Shown here piece after piece: positions 35,578-45,935 of a stretch of 64,000 nt of DNA. How positions within the stretch are numbered: position 1 is the stretch's first letter; each line of letters starts with the position of its first letter. The notes below the pieces were generated by a model. It was not told the DNA's origin and ran no database searches. It worked only from the letters and a program-made list of their open reading frames with translations. Where the stretch lies: the NCBI GenBank assembly GCA_965222715.1, contig OZ244961.1, positions 548,637 to 612,636 of the forward strand. The letters run 5' to 3'. The DNA is from Minisyncoccota bacterium (GTDB lineage: Bacteria; Patescibacteriota; Minisyncoccia; Phycocordibacterales; JABMNX01). Made by a program: the position numbers and the translations under genes.

Positions 35578-36256
35578 GCATGATATCTACTATCTCTCTA
35601 AATGTTGCTTCTGGCTTGTTGCCAACAATATCATAGACACTTTGTGATGATACAAGAAATGTATGCGGAACAGTCCCTACACCAAGGACCTCTCCTGTTT
35701 TATGTTGTCTTTTTATATTTTCAAAACCATACTTATCAGCAAAGCATTGATCAATTACTTCAGAAGTAACCCCGACCTTTGAAGCACTTCTTTTAACATC
35801 TTCAAGAGGAATGTCTAACAACTGAACCCCCTCCGGGAGAAAGGTGTATAAATCATCCATAAACTCAAAGAAAGCATCCTCTCCACGTTCCCGCGCAACA
35901 CATTCGGCAGCCGCCTCTTCTTCATCAATAATTCCTCGATACCGATAGAGAGGAATGTGTCGATACATCAATGCAATAGTGTCTGGATTACTATCTACAA
36001 TTCGCTTTAACTTAGGATAAAGATACCGACAAAATTCACAGTTTACATCGGTATATTTTACTAAAAGTATTTGTGCATTAGGGTTGCCATAGACGTGATC
36101 TCCTTCTTGTATTGAAAGAGCCTTTCTCTTAAAATCATCACGACTTAAAACTTCCTCTGTATAGTTTTGTTCAACACGTTGATTGTATAGAAAAATACCT
36201 ACAATAAGAATTATTGCTGCGAGAAGTATGCTTACTAAAGGAATATTTTTCTTCAT
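35561..36256 (-). CDS. DsbA-like thioredoxin-fold thiol-disulfide oxidoreductase
   Basis: N-terminal TM anchor and YTDVNCEFCRYLYP (CxxC active site). Confidence 0.6.
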   Translation of the reverse strand: MKKNIPLVSILLAAIILIVGIFLYNQRVEQNYTEEVLSRDDFKRKALSIQEGDHVYGNPNAQILLVKYTDVNCEFCRYLYPKLKRIVDSNPDTIALMYRHIPLYRYRGIIDEEEAAAECVARERGEDAFFEFMDDLYTFLPEGVQLLDIPLEDVKRSASKVGVTSEVIDQCFADKYGFENIKRQHKTGEVLGVGTVPHTFLVSSQSVYDIVGNKPEATFREIVDIMLDELK

Positions 36257-36266
36257 AACACCTTAA

Positions 36267-37454
36267 CTAAAAATCTGATTCAGACCACCCGAGCGATAGT
36301 AACATCTCTTTAAATTCTGGTATTGATCGAGCAACATCAACCAATTCTCCTTTTTGATTGTATGTATTATTTTTTTCAGCAATAAACAAACGTTTAAAAC
36401 CAGGGTACGTGTCAATATCTAACCAAAACGGTTCAAGTAAATTTCGCACCTCATTAAGACGACCTTCTTCATACAAAAAGAGATTGAGGGCGTACGCATA
36501 TCGAACACGCATATCAGAATTATTATTAGCAATGAGTGCAGCATTGATAGCATCTCGCATTGCAGATTCATAGTCATAGTCTAGACTAGCTGCTGAAAGA
36601 CGAGCAAAGGTAATAGCTTTAAGATAGAGTGCTTCTGGTATGAGGTCGCTTGCACCCTCACTTCCTCTTGTTCTCCTAATATCAGATTCCGCGTTGTCTA
36701 ATTTTTGATTAATAAGCGGCACATATTCATTCTTTAAATTTTCAAAATTGGGACTGTTGTTAATATGGGCCCGCTTTAATTCGTTAGCATACCACTTTGC
36801 AGAATGTAGCTCTGAAATAGCAAGCGGATAAAATGATGATGCATACTCATACAATCTTCTAAAAGAAAGTACCGTATCACCTTCAGAGTAAAAACTTTCA
36901 TATGGACTGCCAGAAAAAATAACTGACAAGAGCTCTGTATCTAAATTACGATCAAATAAAAGCCCTATTCTCTGTACTGCATAGGCTCGTTGTGTATTTG
37001 AATAGCTATCATTGGCTGCAATATCCTTAAGAATGCTAACTGCTTCCTCAGGACTACTGTATGTTTGTGTCAAAGAGATTTTGTAAAGAATCTGACCCTC
37101 TTGGTCTGGATTTTCAGCTAGCTGTAATGCTTCCTTATATAAGATCTCTGCATTTCTTAAATTTTCTTCACGTGATGAACCTACTGCATTTCGCAAGAAA
37201 TCCTCTGCTTGTATGTATGATTCATTTTGGCTAAGAGTTGATAAACTACCCTCCTCAATAAAAGTATTTTCTTGATTATTGTTAGTAGTAGGTGTAGTAA
37301 TATTTGATGTATACAAAAAGAAACCAATGATGGCTATGAGGAGTACGAGAAAGGTGCTGAGCACTGCTATATACGGGGTGTAACTTTTTTTTGACACTTC
37401 TTCTTGCAGCACTTCACTACTATTTTCTAAATTTTGAGTATCTTCTGTTTCCAC
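36267..37454 (-). CDS. membrane-anchored repeat (TPR-like) protein, hypothetical
   Basis: N-terminal TM plus helical repeat-rich sequence. Confidence 0.35.
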   Translation of the reverse strand: METEDTQNLENSSEVLQEEVSKKSYTPYIAVLSTFLVLLIAIIGFFLYTSNITTPTTNNNQENTFIEEGSLSTLSQNESYIQAEDFLRNAVGSSREENLRNAEILYKEALQLAENPDQEGQILYKISLTQTYSSPEEAVSILKDIAANDSYSNTQRAYAVQRIGLLFDRNLDTELLSVIFSGSPYESFYSEGDTVLSFRRLYEYASSFYPLAISELHSAKWYANELKRAHINNSPNFENLKNEYVPLINQKLDNAESDIRRTRGSEGASDLIPEALYLKAITFARLSAASLDYDYESAMRDAINAALIANNNSDMRVRYAYALNLFLYEEGRLNEVRNLLEPFWLDIDTYPGFKRLFIAEKNNTYNQKGELVDVARSIPEFKEMLLSLGWSESDF

Positions 37455-37479
37455 GTTGTTTTAACTTAATATACTTACT

Positions 37480-37752
37480 TTAAAAACCATCTGGTCCACA
37501 ACCATCTGCACCGCCCCCATCAGACCCATCACAACCGTCTCTTCCCCCGCCGCCTCCATCAGGTCCTCCACCACCGCCTCCACCTGGCGCATCAGCATAT
37601 ACATTCGGTGGTGAATTAGTATATCCACCAGGGATAAGGGAAGTTACAAACGCAATAAGAGCAAAAACGATACTATAGAGAAAGAAATTTTTAATTTTGC
37701 TGATTTTTTTCATAGATGACAAAAATGAATCGCTACTCTGCTTATTATCCAT
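37480..37752 (-). CDS. small membrane-anchored Gly/Pro/Asp low-complexity protein
   Basis: One TM, then PGGGGGGGPDGGGGGRDGCDGSDGGGADGCGPDG. Confidence 0.35.
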   Translation of the reverse strand: MDNKQSSDSFLSSMKKISKIKNFFLYSIVFALIAFVTSLIPGGYTNSPPNVYADAPGGGGGGGPDGGGGGRDGCDGSDGGGADGCGPDGF

Positions 37753-37794
37753 TGTACCATTTATTTATATGCGGTGAAAAAGCTAGAGACTTTC

Positions 37795-38238
37795 TTAAAG
37801 CTGGGTTTCTACAGGAAGTCCAGAAAGCTGCCAGTTTTCAATACCACCTTCAATTCTTTGTATATTATAAAATCCCTGATGCTCCAAATAATGGTACCCT
37901 ACCCCAGATGCTAACGCGCCGCTACAAATAAGGACAATGGTTTTATCAGTGTTTCGTGGTAGGTTTCTCCACTCATCATAAAGGGTATGGAGTGGCATAG
38001 AAATTGAGTCAGTCGCATGAACCCGATTGTAACTATTCTCACCTCGAACGTCGATAAATACAAAATCATCAGGATTCTGAGAGAATGCTTCGTAGAATTC
38101 AACAGGATCGACGTCATCAATTGTTGGAGTAATGAGGGGGAAATGTCTTACTGGTGTGAGTAACACAAAAAGTACGCCAATTAAAAAGAAGGCCACTCCT
38201 ATTCCGATATTTTTAAGCGTGAACATATTCCTTATCAT
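37795..38238 (-). CDS. membrane-anchored rhodanese-domain protein
   Basis: N-terminal TM, DVRGENSYNRVHATDSISMP and active-site loop LICSGALASGV. Confidence 0.55.
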   Translation of the reverse strand: MIRNMFTLKNIGIGVAFFLIGVLFVLLTPVRHFPLITPTIDDVDPVEFYEAFSQNPDDFVFIDVRGENSYNRVHATDSISMPLHTLYDEWRNLPRNTDKTIVLICSGALASGVGYHYLEHQGFYNIQRIEGGIENWQLSGLPVETQL

Positions 38239-38256
38239 ACGTATAAGTATAGCGTA

Positions 38257-39921
38257 TTGTGTATACTATCCCATATGAAAGTTATCAACAATTCTGAAAT
38301 AAGTAGCGCCCATAAAGAAAAGATTGGCTGGCTAAAAAACATATTAGAAGAAAAAGCTTTGCATTTTCGAAACACTTCACCTTTTGAAGCAGAAACCCAA
38401 GAAGGTCAACCTCTTTGGGTGTTTGATATACGTAATGTGCTATTTGAAGCAGAGGTCTTACAGACTATCGCTGAATTGTTTTGGGAAAAATACCATAATG
38501 AAGATAATTGTCAGGTTGGAGGCATGGAAACTTCTGCAATACCACTTATTACCGCTATTGTTCTTGAAGGAATAAAGCGTGGCAAAAAAGTAAGCGGATT
38601 TTACGTACGAAAATCTAGAAAAAAGGCTGGTCTCTTTAGACAAATAGAAGGAGCTCTTTCAGATAAACCAGTAATTTTAGTTGATGATCTACTTCACACT
38701 GGAAAAAGTTTTGTGCGACAAATTACGCTTCTAGAAAAAGAGAAGATAGAAATCACCTCTATCTTTAGTGTTGTGCAGTTTAAAAAAACTGAATCATATA
38801 GAGAAGATATATCTTCTCAGATACGTATTGATTCCCTTTTTAAAATTTATGATTTCTCGAAACTTCACAAACACAAAATAGAAAGTGGCAGCGGAATTCA
38901 TTTTGAATTGAAACATTATTTTAAAAGTAACCATCCTGCATATATATACGCTGTACCAAAATCAACCCCACAGGTTAAAGAACAGGCGGTGTATTACCCT
39001 ACAGACAATGGACACGTCTGGTGCCTTAACAAAAAAGACTTGGGTAAGGTGTGGCATCAAAAATTAGGATTGTTTACACGACAGCATATTTTCACCTCTC
39101 CAGTATTTTTTAAAAAAAATATTGCTATCACCACATATAACGGCCTTCTATATATACTTGATACTCACAAAGGTTCAGTTGTACACCGAGAATCTCTTGC
39201 TGAAAAAATTACTACTTCACCACTACAGTTAGAAAATGAGACTTTGCTAATAGGTACTCAAAATAATACTAATGGGAGCATTGTATGCTACGACGCAGAA
39301 GCTAAAAACATACTGTGGGAGGCACAGACCAATTCCCCTATAGTTGGTGATGGCATTCTCTTTAATAAAGATAATTTTATGTACTGCGATAGCGGAGGTA
39401 CATTTTATATAGGTGACAAAAACGGAGTAACCAAAAAGAAAGAAATAAAAACCACAAAAGAGATAGTGAGTGGCTTAACGCTTTTCGATGAGGGTAGTAA
39501 AATTGCATGGTCATCAATGAGTGGTGAAGTGTTCACCGCAACAGTGGCTATGGAAAATGTAAAAAAAGTATTTCAAGCAGATGCAGGTATATACTCTCGT
39601 CCATATATTATAGAAGGTAGGGCCTACTTTTCTTCTTTGGATAAAAATATATATTGTATTGATTTAAAAAATAAAGAACTCATTTGGCAGTTTTCAACCA
39701 AAGGACGAGTATTTGCCTCTCCAGTAGTACACAATAATGTTGTATACGTGGGGTCAAATGATGCACGAGTGTATGCCCTTCATGCTGAGACTGGACGTGA
39801 GCTTGGTTTTTACCAAACCACCGAACGCATAACCTCCCCTGTTACTCTTTTGGACACAGGTGAATTACTAGTATCTACTTTTGCGAATGAACTATACCTA
39901 CTCTCGGTAACAAGAAAATGA
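38257..39921 (+). CDS. fusion protein: phosphoribosyltransferase domain + PQQ-like beta-propeller repeats
   Basis: N-terminal VGGMETSAIPLITAIVL...KPVILVDDLLHTGKS (PRTase PRPP-binding motif, OPRT-like). C-terminal repeated NG.LY..D...G and YVGSNDARVYALHAETGRE units (PQQ/BamB-like). Confidence 0.5.
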   Translation: MCILSHMKVINNSEISSAHKEKIGWLKNILEEKALHFRNTSPFEAETQEGQPLWVFDIRNVLFEAEVLQTIAELFWEKYHNEDNCQVGGMETSAIPLITAIVLEGIKRGKKVSGFYVRKSRKKAGLFRQIEGALSDKPVILVDDLLHTGKSFVRQITLLEKEKIEITSIFSVVQFKKTESYREDISSQIRIDSLFKIYDFSKLHKHKIESGSGIHFELKHYFKSNHPAYIYAVPKSTPQVKEQAVYYPTDNGHVWCLNKKDLGKVWHQKLGLFTRQHIFTSPVFFKKNIAITTYNGLLYILDTHKGSVVHRESLAEKITTSPLQLENETLLIGTQNNTNGSIVCYDAEAKNILWEAQTNSPIVGDGILFNKDNFMYCDSGGTFYIGDKNGVTKKKEIKTTKEIVSGLTLFDEGSKIAWSSMSGEVFTATVAMENVKKVFQADAGIYSRPYIIEGRAYFSSLDKNIYCIDLKNKELIWQFSTKGRVFASPVVHNNVVYVGSNDARVYALHAETGRELGFYQTTERITSPVTLLDTGELLVSTFANELYLLSVTRK

Positions 39922-39933
39922 TGAGCTATCGCA

Positions 39934-41877
39934 TCATAATGAAACATGATTCTCTAGACGACTTATCCCAATTAGTATGTGTCCTGCTGAATCTATCCAA
40001 GATGTGTGATTAAAATGATCGTGCATAATTGAACCTTCTAATTTTTTCTGAAATTCAGGTTTAACAGCAAAGAACGACTCTTCTGTGTATTGAAATTGTA
40101 GGAGCCAAGCAAGTGTTTTTTTGTTTACGTCAGCTAGTGTTGAGTCGATTGCGAGAGCTTCAAATATTTTCCCCGTTCCACGGGTGTATGTGTAGGGAGA
40201 AATTGTTGTGTTTGAGAATGAACCATTTGTATTTTGCTGTGAACTATACCAATTCATTATATTTGCATATTCTTTTTCTGAAAAAAATGAATCTTTGATA
40301 GTGTGTGTGTAATAAAATAAGAGTGGTACTAATTCAGCATACTCGGCAAGTGATATTTCTTCTTTTTTTTGCACTAACTCTTCCCATTGTGTGTATATAT
40401 CTTTGGTTATCTTTTTTGAGTGCTCCAGATACGATTTGTTTGATTCTCCTGCCTCAAATAGTAGCGAAGCAATCTGGAGGCGTGTAATTACTGAAGTAGC
40501 CTTATTAAAAGATTTAGCATATATCTTTTCTATGTATGTATGACAGAGGTCTACATTCCCTTCTATAAGAAACAGTCTCCCAAGGTAAGCGTGGGTAAGT
40601 AGGTATATGTCATCCGGCATGTACGTCACCTCATCAATAATAGAGTGTATGTAGTGCCCCGCCTTACGTGCCGCTTGGGTATACTTTTTACTTTTCGTAC
40701 ACCTTCCGTACATACCAAGCGCGAAGCTAGAAAACGCCATACGTGGCCAATCCGTACCCTCAAGTAATTGAGTGTATGGATTTGCACGCCGAGGAAGAAA
40801 GCCAGTTTCGCTTTGTATTCGGCATATCCAATCAGCCATACTATCGGCTTTTTCTTTTATACCTTGTGTGGTTAATTTCTTCTCTACTTTAGACTCAAGA
40901 ATTGAGCCATGTAATGTATGCATTTTCTTTGTATCATCTCCTTCTATACATATACTCACTTCAAAAGTTTCAAAACGACTACGGGTAAGATTTTCTTCAG
41001 AAATCCTTCCTTTTTGTGTTGCCAGTGTTTTAAGAAAATTAGAGTAATTTGGAAACAAAGTCATATTAAAAACCGAAGGAAGAAACCAACCCATCTGGTC
41101 TCTATGCCTTACACGGTACCCTTTATTCTCTAATATAGAATTATAAAGTCTTGGGTTGGGGGCAGGAATATACAGATCGGTAAATATATTTACCTCAATA
41201 GTGAGTTTTTCTAGTTCATCGTATGTAAGGGGTTCAAAGCGTGGATCCCGCGCAGAGCGTATTACACCTTCCACCAGTGCATGAGTGAGTGATTCTCCTC
41301 GATAAATAATTGAGCCACGCACCGTACCCGAAACCCAAAGCACTACATCAACAAGTGCTGGTTCAGTAAATAAACCATCAAGATTCATAGTACCTTCTTC
41401 AAGTGGCAATCTTTTTTTATGAAGAAGAAAATATTCTAAACTTTTTCGTGCAAGACTTAATGCTTTTCTTTTATCAGAATCACTTAAACCATGACGTATG
41501 ACTCTTCGCTCATTTTTAATATATTCATAGATATGGAGTAGCGGGGATGTATACAAAGCAGCATACGTATCTTTTTCCTTAAAGCGATCATGTTGAATTG
41601 CTGGGGTACATACAAAAAAACGCGGTTGCCCATGTTTTGTATACCGTTTATTAATACGACCATTTTTTATTTGAAATCGAGCATCTATAGTCTTTAACCT
41701 GAACTCAACCACCCCATCTATTTTCTTACCTCTAACCCAGTTTAAAAAAACCCTTACTACTAAATGCTCGTAGTGGTATTCTCTGTATAATTTTTTTATA
41801 TTCTCAAATCTAGAGCGTATCTGCATATATATCACGTATAGAGGTAAGTATAACGTATTTACAGTACGCATAAGCAA
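39934..41877 (-). CDS. large hypothetical protein (647 aa)
   Basis: Long ORF with no confidently recognisable motif. The C-terminal half has QQNTNGSF-type (QxxxGxF/W) repeats reminiscent of alpha/alpha-toroid proteins. Confidence 0.3.
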   Translation of the reverse strand: MLMRTVNTLYLPLYVIYMQIRSRFENIKKLYREYHYEHLVVRVFLNWVRGKKIDGVVEFRLKTIDARFQIKNGRINKRYTKHGQPRFFVCTPAIQHDRFKEKDTYAALYTSPLLHIYEYIKNERRVIRHGLSDSDKRKALSLARKSLEYFLLHKKRLPLEEGTMNLDGLFTEPALVDVVLWVSGTVRGSIIYRGESLTHALVEGVIRSARDPRFEPLTYDELEKLTIEVNIFTDLYIPAPNPRLYNSILENKGYRVRHRDQMGWFLPSVFNMTLFPNYSNFLKTLATQKGRISEENLTRSRFETFEVSICIEGDDTKKMHTLHGSILESKVEKKLTTQGIKEKADSMADWICRIQSETGFLPRRANPYTQLLEGTDWPRMAFSSFALGMYGRCTKSKKYTQAARKAGHYIHSIIDEVTYMPDDIYLLTHAYLGRLFLIEGNVDLCHTYIEKIYAKSFNKATSVITRLQIASLLFEAGESNKSYLEHSKKITKDIYTQWEELVQKKEEISLAEYAELVPLLFYYTHTIKDSFFSEKEYANIMNWYSSQQNTNGSFSNTTISPYTYTRGTGKIFEALAIDSTLADVNKKTLAWLLQFQYTEESFFAVKPEFQKKLEGSIMHDHFNHTSWIDSAGHILIGISRLENHVSL

Positions 41878-41929
41878 CTACGAAACGCATGGAAAAATAC
41901 TAAAAAAATGTTAGAGTAAGCCAGCATAT

Positions 41930-42003
41930 GCTCCCGTAGTTTAATGGATAGAATACAGGTTTGCGGAACCTGCGATCCAAGTTCGATTCTTGGCGGGAGC
42001 ACC
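41930..42003 (+). tRNA. tRNA-Arg (GCG)
   Basis: GCTCCCGTAGTTTAATGGATAGAATACAGGTTTGCGGAACCTGCGATCCAAGTTCGATTCTTGGCGGGAGCA. Anticodon loop TTGCGGA. Confidence 0.7.
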
Positions 42004-42013
42004 GAGATAAATA

Positions 42014-42043
42014 AAAAAATCCAATGTTTTGGATTTTTTTATT
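42014..42043 (+). terminator. rho-independent terminator after tRNA-Arg(GCG)
   Basis: atccaa-tgtt-ttggat followed by ttttttt. Confidence 0.6.
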
Positions 42044-42212
42044 TAGAACGCAAACTGCTTTGCGTTCGTGTCTCGGTGCTAAGCGCAGCTATATCGCCAG
42101 GCGATAGCGAGCTGGGGTCGAGCGCACTTAGTATTTTGTGAACTTGTGAGACAAAATACTTAGTGACGGGTGACCACAAAACAAACCAGTTAAAGCTAAC
42201 ATCAAAAGAAAG

Positions 42213-42242
42213 AAAAACACCTCAGGCACCTGAGGTGTTTTT
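42213..42242. terminator. bidirectional terminator (rpsT 3' end)
   Basis: aaaaacacctcagg-cac-ctgaggtgttttt. Confidence 0.65.
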
Positions 42243-42268
42243 CTTAATACTCTATAATACTATTGAGA

Positions 42269-42531
42269 TTACCCTATCTTCTTAATTGCTGCGGCGAGCC
42301 GAGACTTCTTGCGACTCGCAGTATTTTTCTTAATAACTCCGCGTTTCGCTGCTTTATCAATTGCTTTATATACCTTCGGGAGGAGTGAGCGAGCATCATC
42401 AGCTTTTTTATCTTTAATAAAGTCCCCCACCTCTTTCAGGGTCTCTCGCATAGTGCGTGTGCGACGCACATTAAAGACTCGCTTCTTGAGCGAGCTGCGA
42501 TGCGCTTTTTGTGCTGATTTTGTATTTGCCA
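42269..42531 (-). CDS. rpsT: 30S ribosomal protein S20
   Basis: MANTKSAQKAHRSSLKKRVFNVRRTRTMRETLKEV. Start at the internal Met of the track ORF. Confidence 0.85.
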
Positions 42532-42600
42532 TATGTGGCAAAGAATATACCAGTTTTATTGAAGTGACGCAACTAAAAGGTTGAGGTATGATAAACAACA

Positions 42601-43170
42601 ATGATTGCCCAATTAGAAGGAACTGTGAGTGGAAGTGGTGTTGACTACATCGTACTTAAAGTAAGTGGTGTTGGTTATCGAGTACACATGACTATTGAAT
42701 CAACTGCTCGAGCAATACAAGATCAAGGACTCTCTCTCTGGACCCATCTTTCGGTTCGGGAGACTTCTTTAGAACTTTACGGATTCTATAGTGAAGATGA
42801 ATTGTCTTTTTTTGAAATGCTTATTTCAGTTTCTGGTATTGGTCCTAAATCAGCTCTCGGTATTATGAATCTTGAAACTGTAGAAACACTTTCTTCGGCA
42901 ATTTCTCAAGGAGATACAACCTACCTCACCAAAGTTTCAGGTATTGGTAAAAAAAGTGCTGAGAAAATTATTATTGAACTGCGAGATAAAATTGTTGCTC
43001 GTGAAGACAGTGAACAGCACGCTCATGCAGAAGATGCTGATGCACTTGAGGCACTTCAATCTTTAGGATACTCAGTGAGAGAGTCACGAGAAGCATTGAA
43101 ATCAGTGTCAAAAGATATACATGGCGCACAACAACGGATTACTGAAGCATTAAAGGTACTCGGAAAATAG
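42601..43170 (+). CDS. ruvA: Holliday junction branch-migration complex subunit RuvA
   Basis: MIAQLEGTV...GVGYRVHM..., two HhH motifs (VSGIGPKSALGIM; VSGIGKKSAEKII). Confidence 0.85.
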   Translation: MIAQLEGTVSGSGVDYIVLKVSGVGYRVHMTIESTARAIQDQGLSLWTHLSVRETSLELYGFYSEDELSFFEMLISVSGIGPKSALGIMNLETVETLSSAISQGDTTYLTKVSGIGKKSAEKIIIELRDKIVAREDSEQHAHAEDADALEALQSLGYSVRESREALKSVSKDIHGAQQRITEALKVLGK

Positions 43171-43173
43171 CGT

Positions 43174-44430
43174 ATGAGATTCTTTAAAAGACTTATTCCA
43201 ACACCCCTCTTTAGAGTAGTACAACCAACCTATCACTTTCTTCTTGCCGCCATTGGTGCACTCTATTACCGCTTCCCCTCAAAAAAATTAGTAGTTATTG
43301 GGGTCACTGGTACTAAGGGTAAATCAAGCACTGTTGAATTGATTAACAGTATTTTTGAAGAGGCTGGGTATACAACCGCAGTATTGAGTACGATTCGCTT
43401 CAAGGTTTCAGACAATTCCCTTCCTAACCGACTCAAGATGACCATGCCGGGGAGATTTTTTGTGCAATCATTTCTCAATCAAGCACACACACGGGGGTGT
43501 ACTCACGCTATTATCGAAATGACCTCAGAGGGTGTTAAACAATTTAGACATCGCTTCATTGACCTTGATGCACTGGTGTTTACCAACATCGAACCAGAGC
43601 ACATTGAGTCACACGGCTCATTTGAAAACTACCTTAATGCAAAACTTAAGCTGCGTGACCTACTCGAACGCTCAAGTAAACAAGATACCGCTCTAGTTGC
43701 AAATAGTGATGACTCTCATGGCAAAGAATTTCTCAAGGTTAGAAAGGCAAAGCCGATTCCTTTTTCACTCTCAAAAACAAAACATAGATTAACAAATAAT
43801 GGTATTGAAATTACCTATAACGAAATATGTATCACCTCCCCTCTTGAAGGCGCTGGAAATGCAGCAAATATACTTGCTGCCATTAAGATTGGAGAGCACT
43901 TCTCGATCCCACTAGAAGCAATACAAAAAGGTATTGAGAAAGTAGAAGTTATCCCAGGAAGATTTGAGCACATTGACCTACATCAAGCATTCGATGTGGT
44001 GGTTGATTATGCGCACACCCCGCAATCACTTGAACAGCTATATCAAACGTTTAAAGATAAACATAAAATATGTGTTCTGGGGAACACTGGCGGCGGCCGA
44101 GATACCTGGAAACGCCCTGAAATGGGGCGTATTGCTGAAGAGTATTGTGCACGGGTTATTCTCACCAATGAAGACCCGTATGACGAAGATCCAGAGAAGA
44201 TACTTCGTGATATGACAGAAGGAATGAAGAGTGGACCAACAATTATACTGGACCGTCGAGAGGCGATGCGCACTGCATTTACCCATGCCAAAAAATACCC
44301 TGGGAATACAGTAGTTCTTATTACTGGGAAAGGAACTGATCCATATATTATGGAAGCAGAGGGAGTACGAACACCGTGGAGTGACGCCCGTGTAGCACAA
44401 GAAGAATTAGAGCGGCTACAAAACTCTTAA
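43174..44430 (+). CDS. Mur-ligase-family protein (MurE/MurF/CapB-like)
   Basis: VIGVTGTKGKSST P-loop and NIEPEHIESHGSFENYLNAK (Mur-ligase middle domain). Confidence 0.55.
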   Translation: MRFFKRLIPTPLFRVVQPTYHFLLAAIGALYYRFPSKKLVVIGVTGTKGKSSTVELINSIFEEAGYTTAVLSTIRFKVSDNSLPNRLKMTMPGRFFVQSFLNQAHTRGCTHAIIEMTSEGVKQFRHRFIDLDALVFTNIEPEHIESHGSFENYLNAKLKLRDLLERSSKQDTALVANSDDSHGKEFLKVRKAKPIPFSLSKTKHRLTNNGIEITYNEICITSPLEGAGNAANILAAIKIGEHFSIPLEAIQKGIEKVEVIPGRFEHIDLHQAFDVVVDYAHTPQSLEQLYQTFKDKHKICVLGNTGGGRDTWKRPEMGRIAEEYCARVILTNEDPYDEDPEKILRDMTEGMKSGPTIILDRREAMRTAFTHAKKYPGNTVVLITGKGTDPYIMEAEGVRTPWSDARVAQEELERLQNS

Positions 44431-44475
44431 GGAAAGTATTAACAAGCACCTAAGAACAGCGTAGTATTACTCAAT

Positions 44476-45396
44476 ATGAGACAGTATCCACACACACAGA
44501 AAGGTGAAGCGACTCGGGATTTTTTGTTTTTTGTTGCCATTCTTTTTGTACTTGGGGTGTTGTGGGTGCTCTCTGGTGGCCCTTCTCAAAACAGCGGTGG
44601 ATTACTAGGAGGGCAAAGACTTGGATTTTCTCCAATTGAGCGTAATGGCGAGAGAGGCACCCAGGAAGAGCGGTACGAGGAAATCCGTGAGCGCTACGGA
44701 GACGCAAGAGACTTTGGAGAAACCTCTCCACATTGGGGGCTCGTAACGATAAACTCATCGCGAGGTATGAAAGAAACTCGAGTGCAAGAAGAGTATCTCA
44801 TTCTTGAAGTATCAAGAAATCTAAAAGAACCACTTACCGTAACCAACTGGAGGATTCAGAGTATGGTCTCAAATAAAAGTGTCTCCATTCCTGAAGCAAC
44901 AAAAATTTCTACATCAGGAACAGTGAACATTGAACAACCGCTTGTTGTTTCTCCTCGTGATGTACTCTATGTCGCAACAGGACATTCACCAACAGGATAC
45001 TCTTTTAAGGTAAATAAATGTTCTGGATACTTTGAACAATTCCAAAACTTTACTCCACGACTAGAGAAGTCATGTCCACTCCCTCTCGATGAACTTGATT
45101 TTGCTGAGAGCGATCCAATTCGTTTTGGTGGCGACTGTCTTGACTACATTGAGGACATTCCCCGCTGCCACATGCCTATCGATGCCCTTCCTATTGGATT
45201 CAATAATTCATGTGCCCTCTTTATTACTGAAAAAATAAACTACAACACCTGCGTAGAGAATCATCGAAACGATACTGACTTCTTTGAACCAGAGTGGCGT
45301 GTGTTCTTACGCCAAAATGAAGAGTTGTGGGACACAAGGGACATTGTTCGCCTACTTGATGAAGAAGGAAAAGTTGTTGATGTACTATCCTACTAA
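44476..45396 (+). CDS. hypothetical membrane-anchored protein
   Basis: N-terminal TM, 306 aa, Cys-rich C-terminal half. No recognisable motif. Confidence 0.35.
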   Translation: MRQYPHTQKGEATRDFLFFVAILFVLGVLWVLSGGPSQNSGGLLGGQRLGFSPIERNGERGTQEERYEEIRERYGDARDFGETSPHWGLVTINSSRGMKETRVQEEYLILEVSRNLKEPLTVTNWRIQSMVSNKSVSIPEATKISTSGTVNIEQPLVVSPRDVLYVATGHSPTGYSFKVNKCSGYFEQFQNFTPRLEKSCPLPLDELDFAESDPIRFGGDCLDYIEDIPRCHMPIDALPIGFNNSCALFITEKINYNTCVENHRNDTDFFEPEWRVFLRQNEELWDTRDIVRLLDEEGKVVDVLSY

Positions 45397-45403
45397 CCAT
45401 TTC

Positions 45404-45904
45404 TTACTCACCCACTGACTCAGGTATATAGTGGAATAAAATAATACCTGCAGTAACACTGACATTGAGTGATTCCTTCTCTCCATGCATTGGAATGTCA
45501 ATAACTGTATCGCACATACCGAGGACTTCCCTACTCAACCCCTCAACTTCGCTTCCAAATACAAATGCTGTTTTACCTGAAGGAGAAAAGGATGTATATG
45601 TTTTTGATTCTGGTGTCTGTTCAACACCCACAATCGCGTACCCCTCGTCTTTTAATGAGTCTAGAACGTCTTTAATCTCTACTTTCTCCCACGGTACTGT
45701 TTTTTCAGCACCAAGTGCAGTTTTGTGAAGCGCTACGACCTCTCGACCAAAACGATCGATTGGCGCCGGTGTGTAGCCAGTAAGGTACACCTTATGTACA
45801 CCAGCAGCGTCAGCCGTGCGGAAAAGTGATCCGACGTTATGTACACTTCGTACATTATGAAAAATGACTACAGTATCCATGTACCATGAGAGTAGCGGTG
45901 GCAC
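45404..45904 (-). CDS. SpoU/TrmH-family RNA 2'-O-methyltransferase
   Basis: HNVGSLFRTADAAG, FGSEVEGLS and IPMHGEKESLNVSVTAGIILF SPOUT motifs. Confidence 0.75.
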   Translation of the reverse strand: MPPLLSWYMDTVVIFHNVRSVHNVGSLFRTADAAGVHKVYLTGYTPAPIDRFGREVVALHKTALGAEKTVPWEKVEIKDVLDSLKDEGYAIVGVEQTPESKTYTSFSPSGKTAFVFGSEVEGLSREVLGMCDTVIDIPMHGEKESLNVSVTAGIILFHYIPESVGE

Positions 45905-45935
45905 GAGGTAAAGTCAACGTGCTACAATAGCTTCT

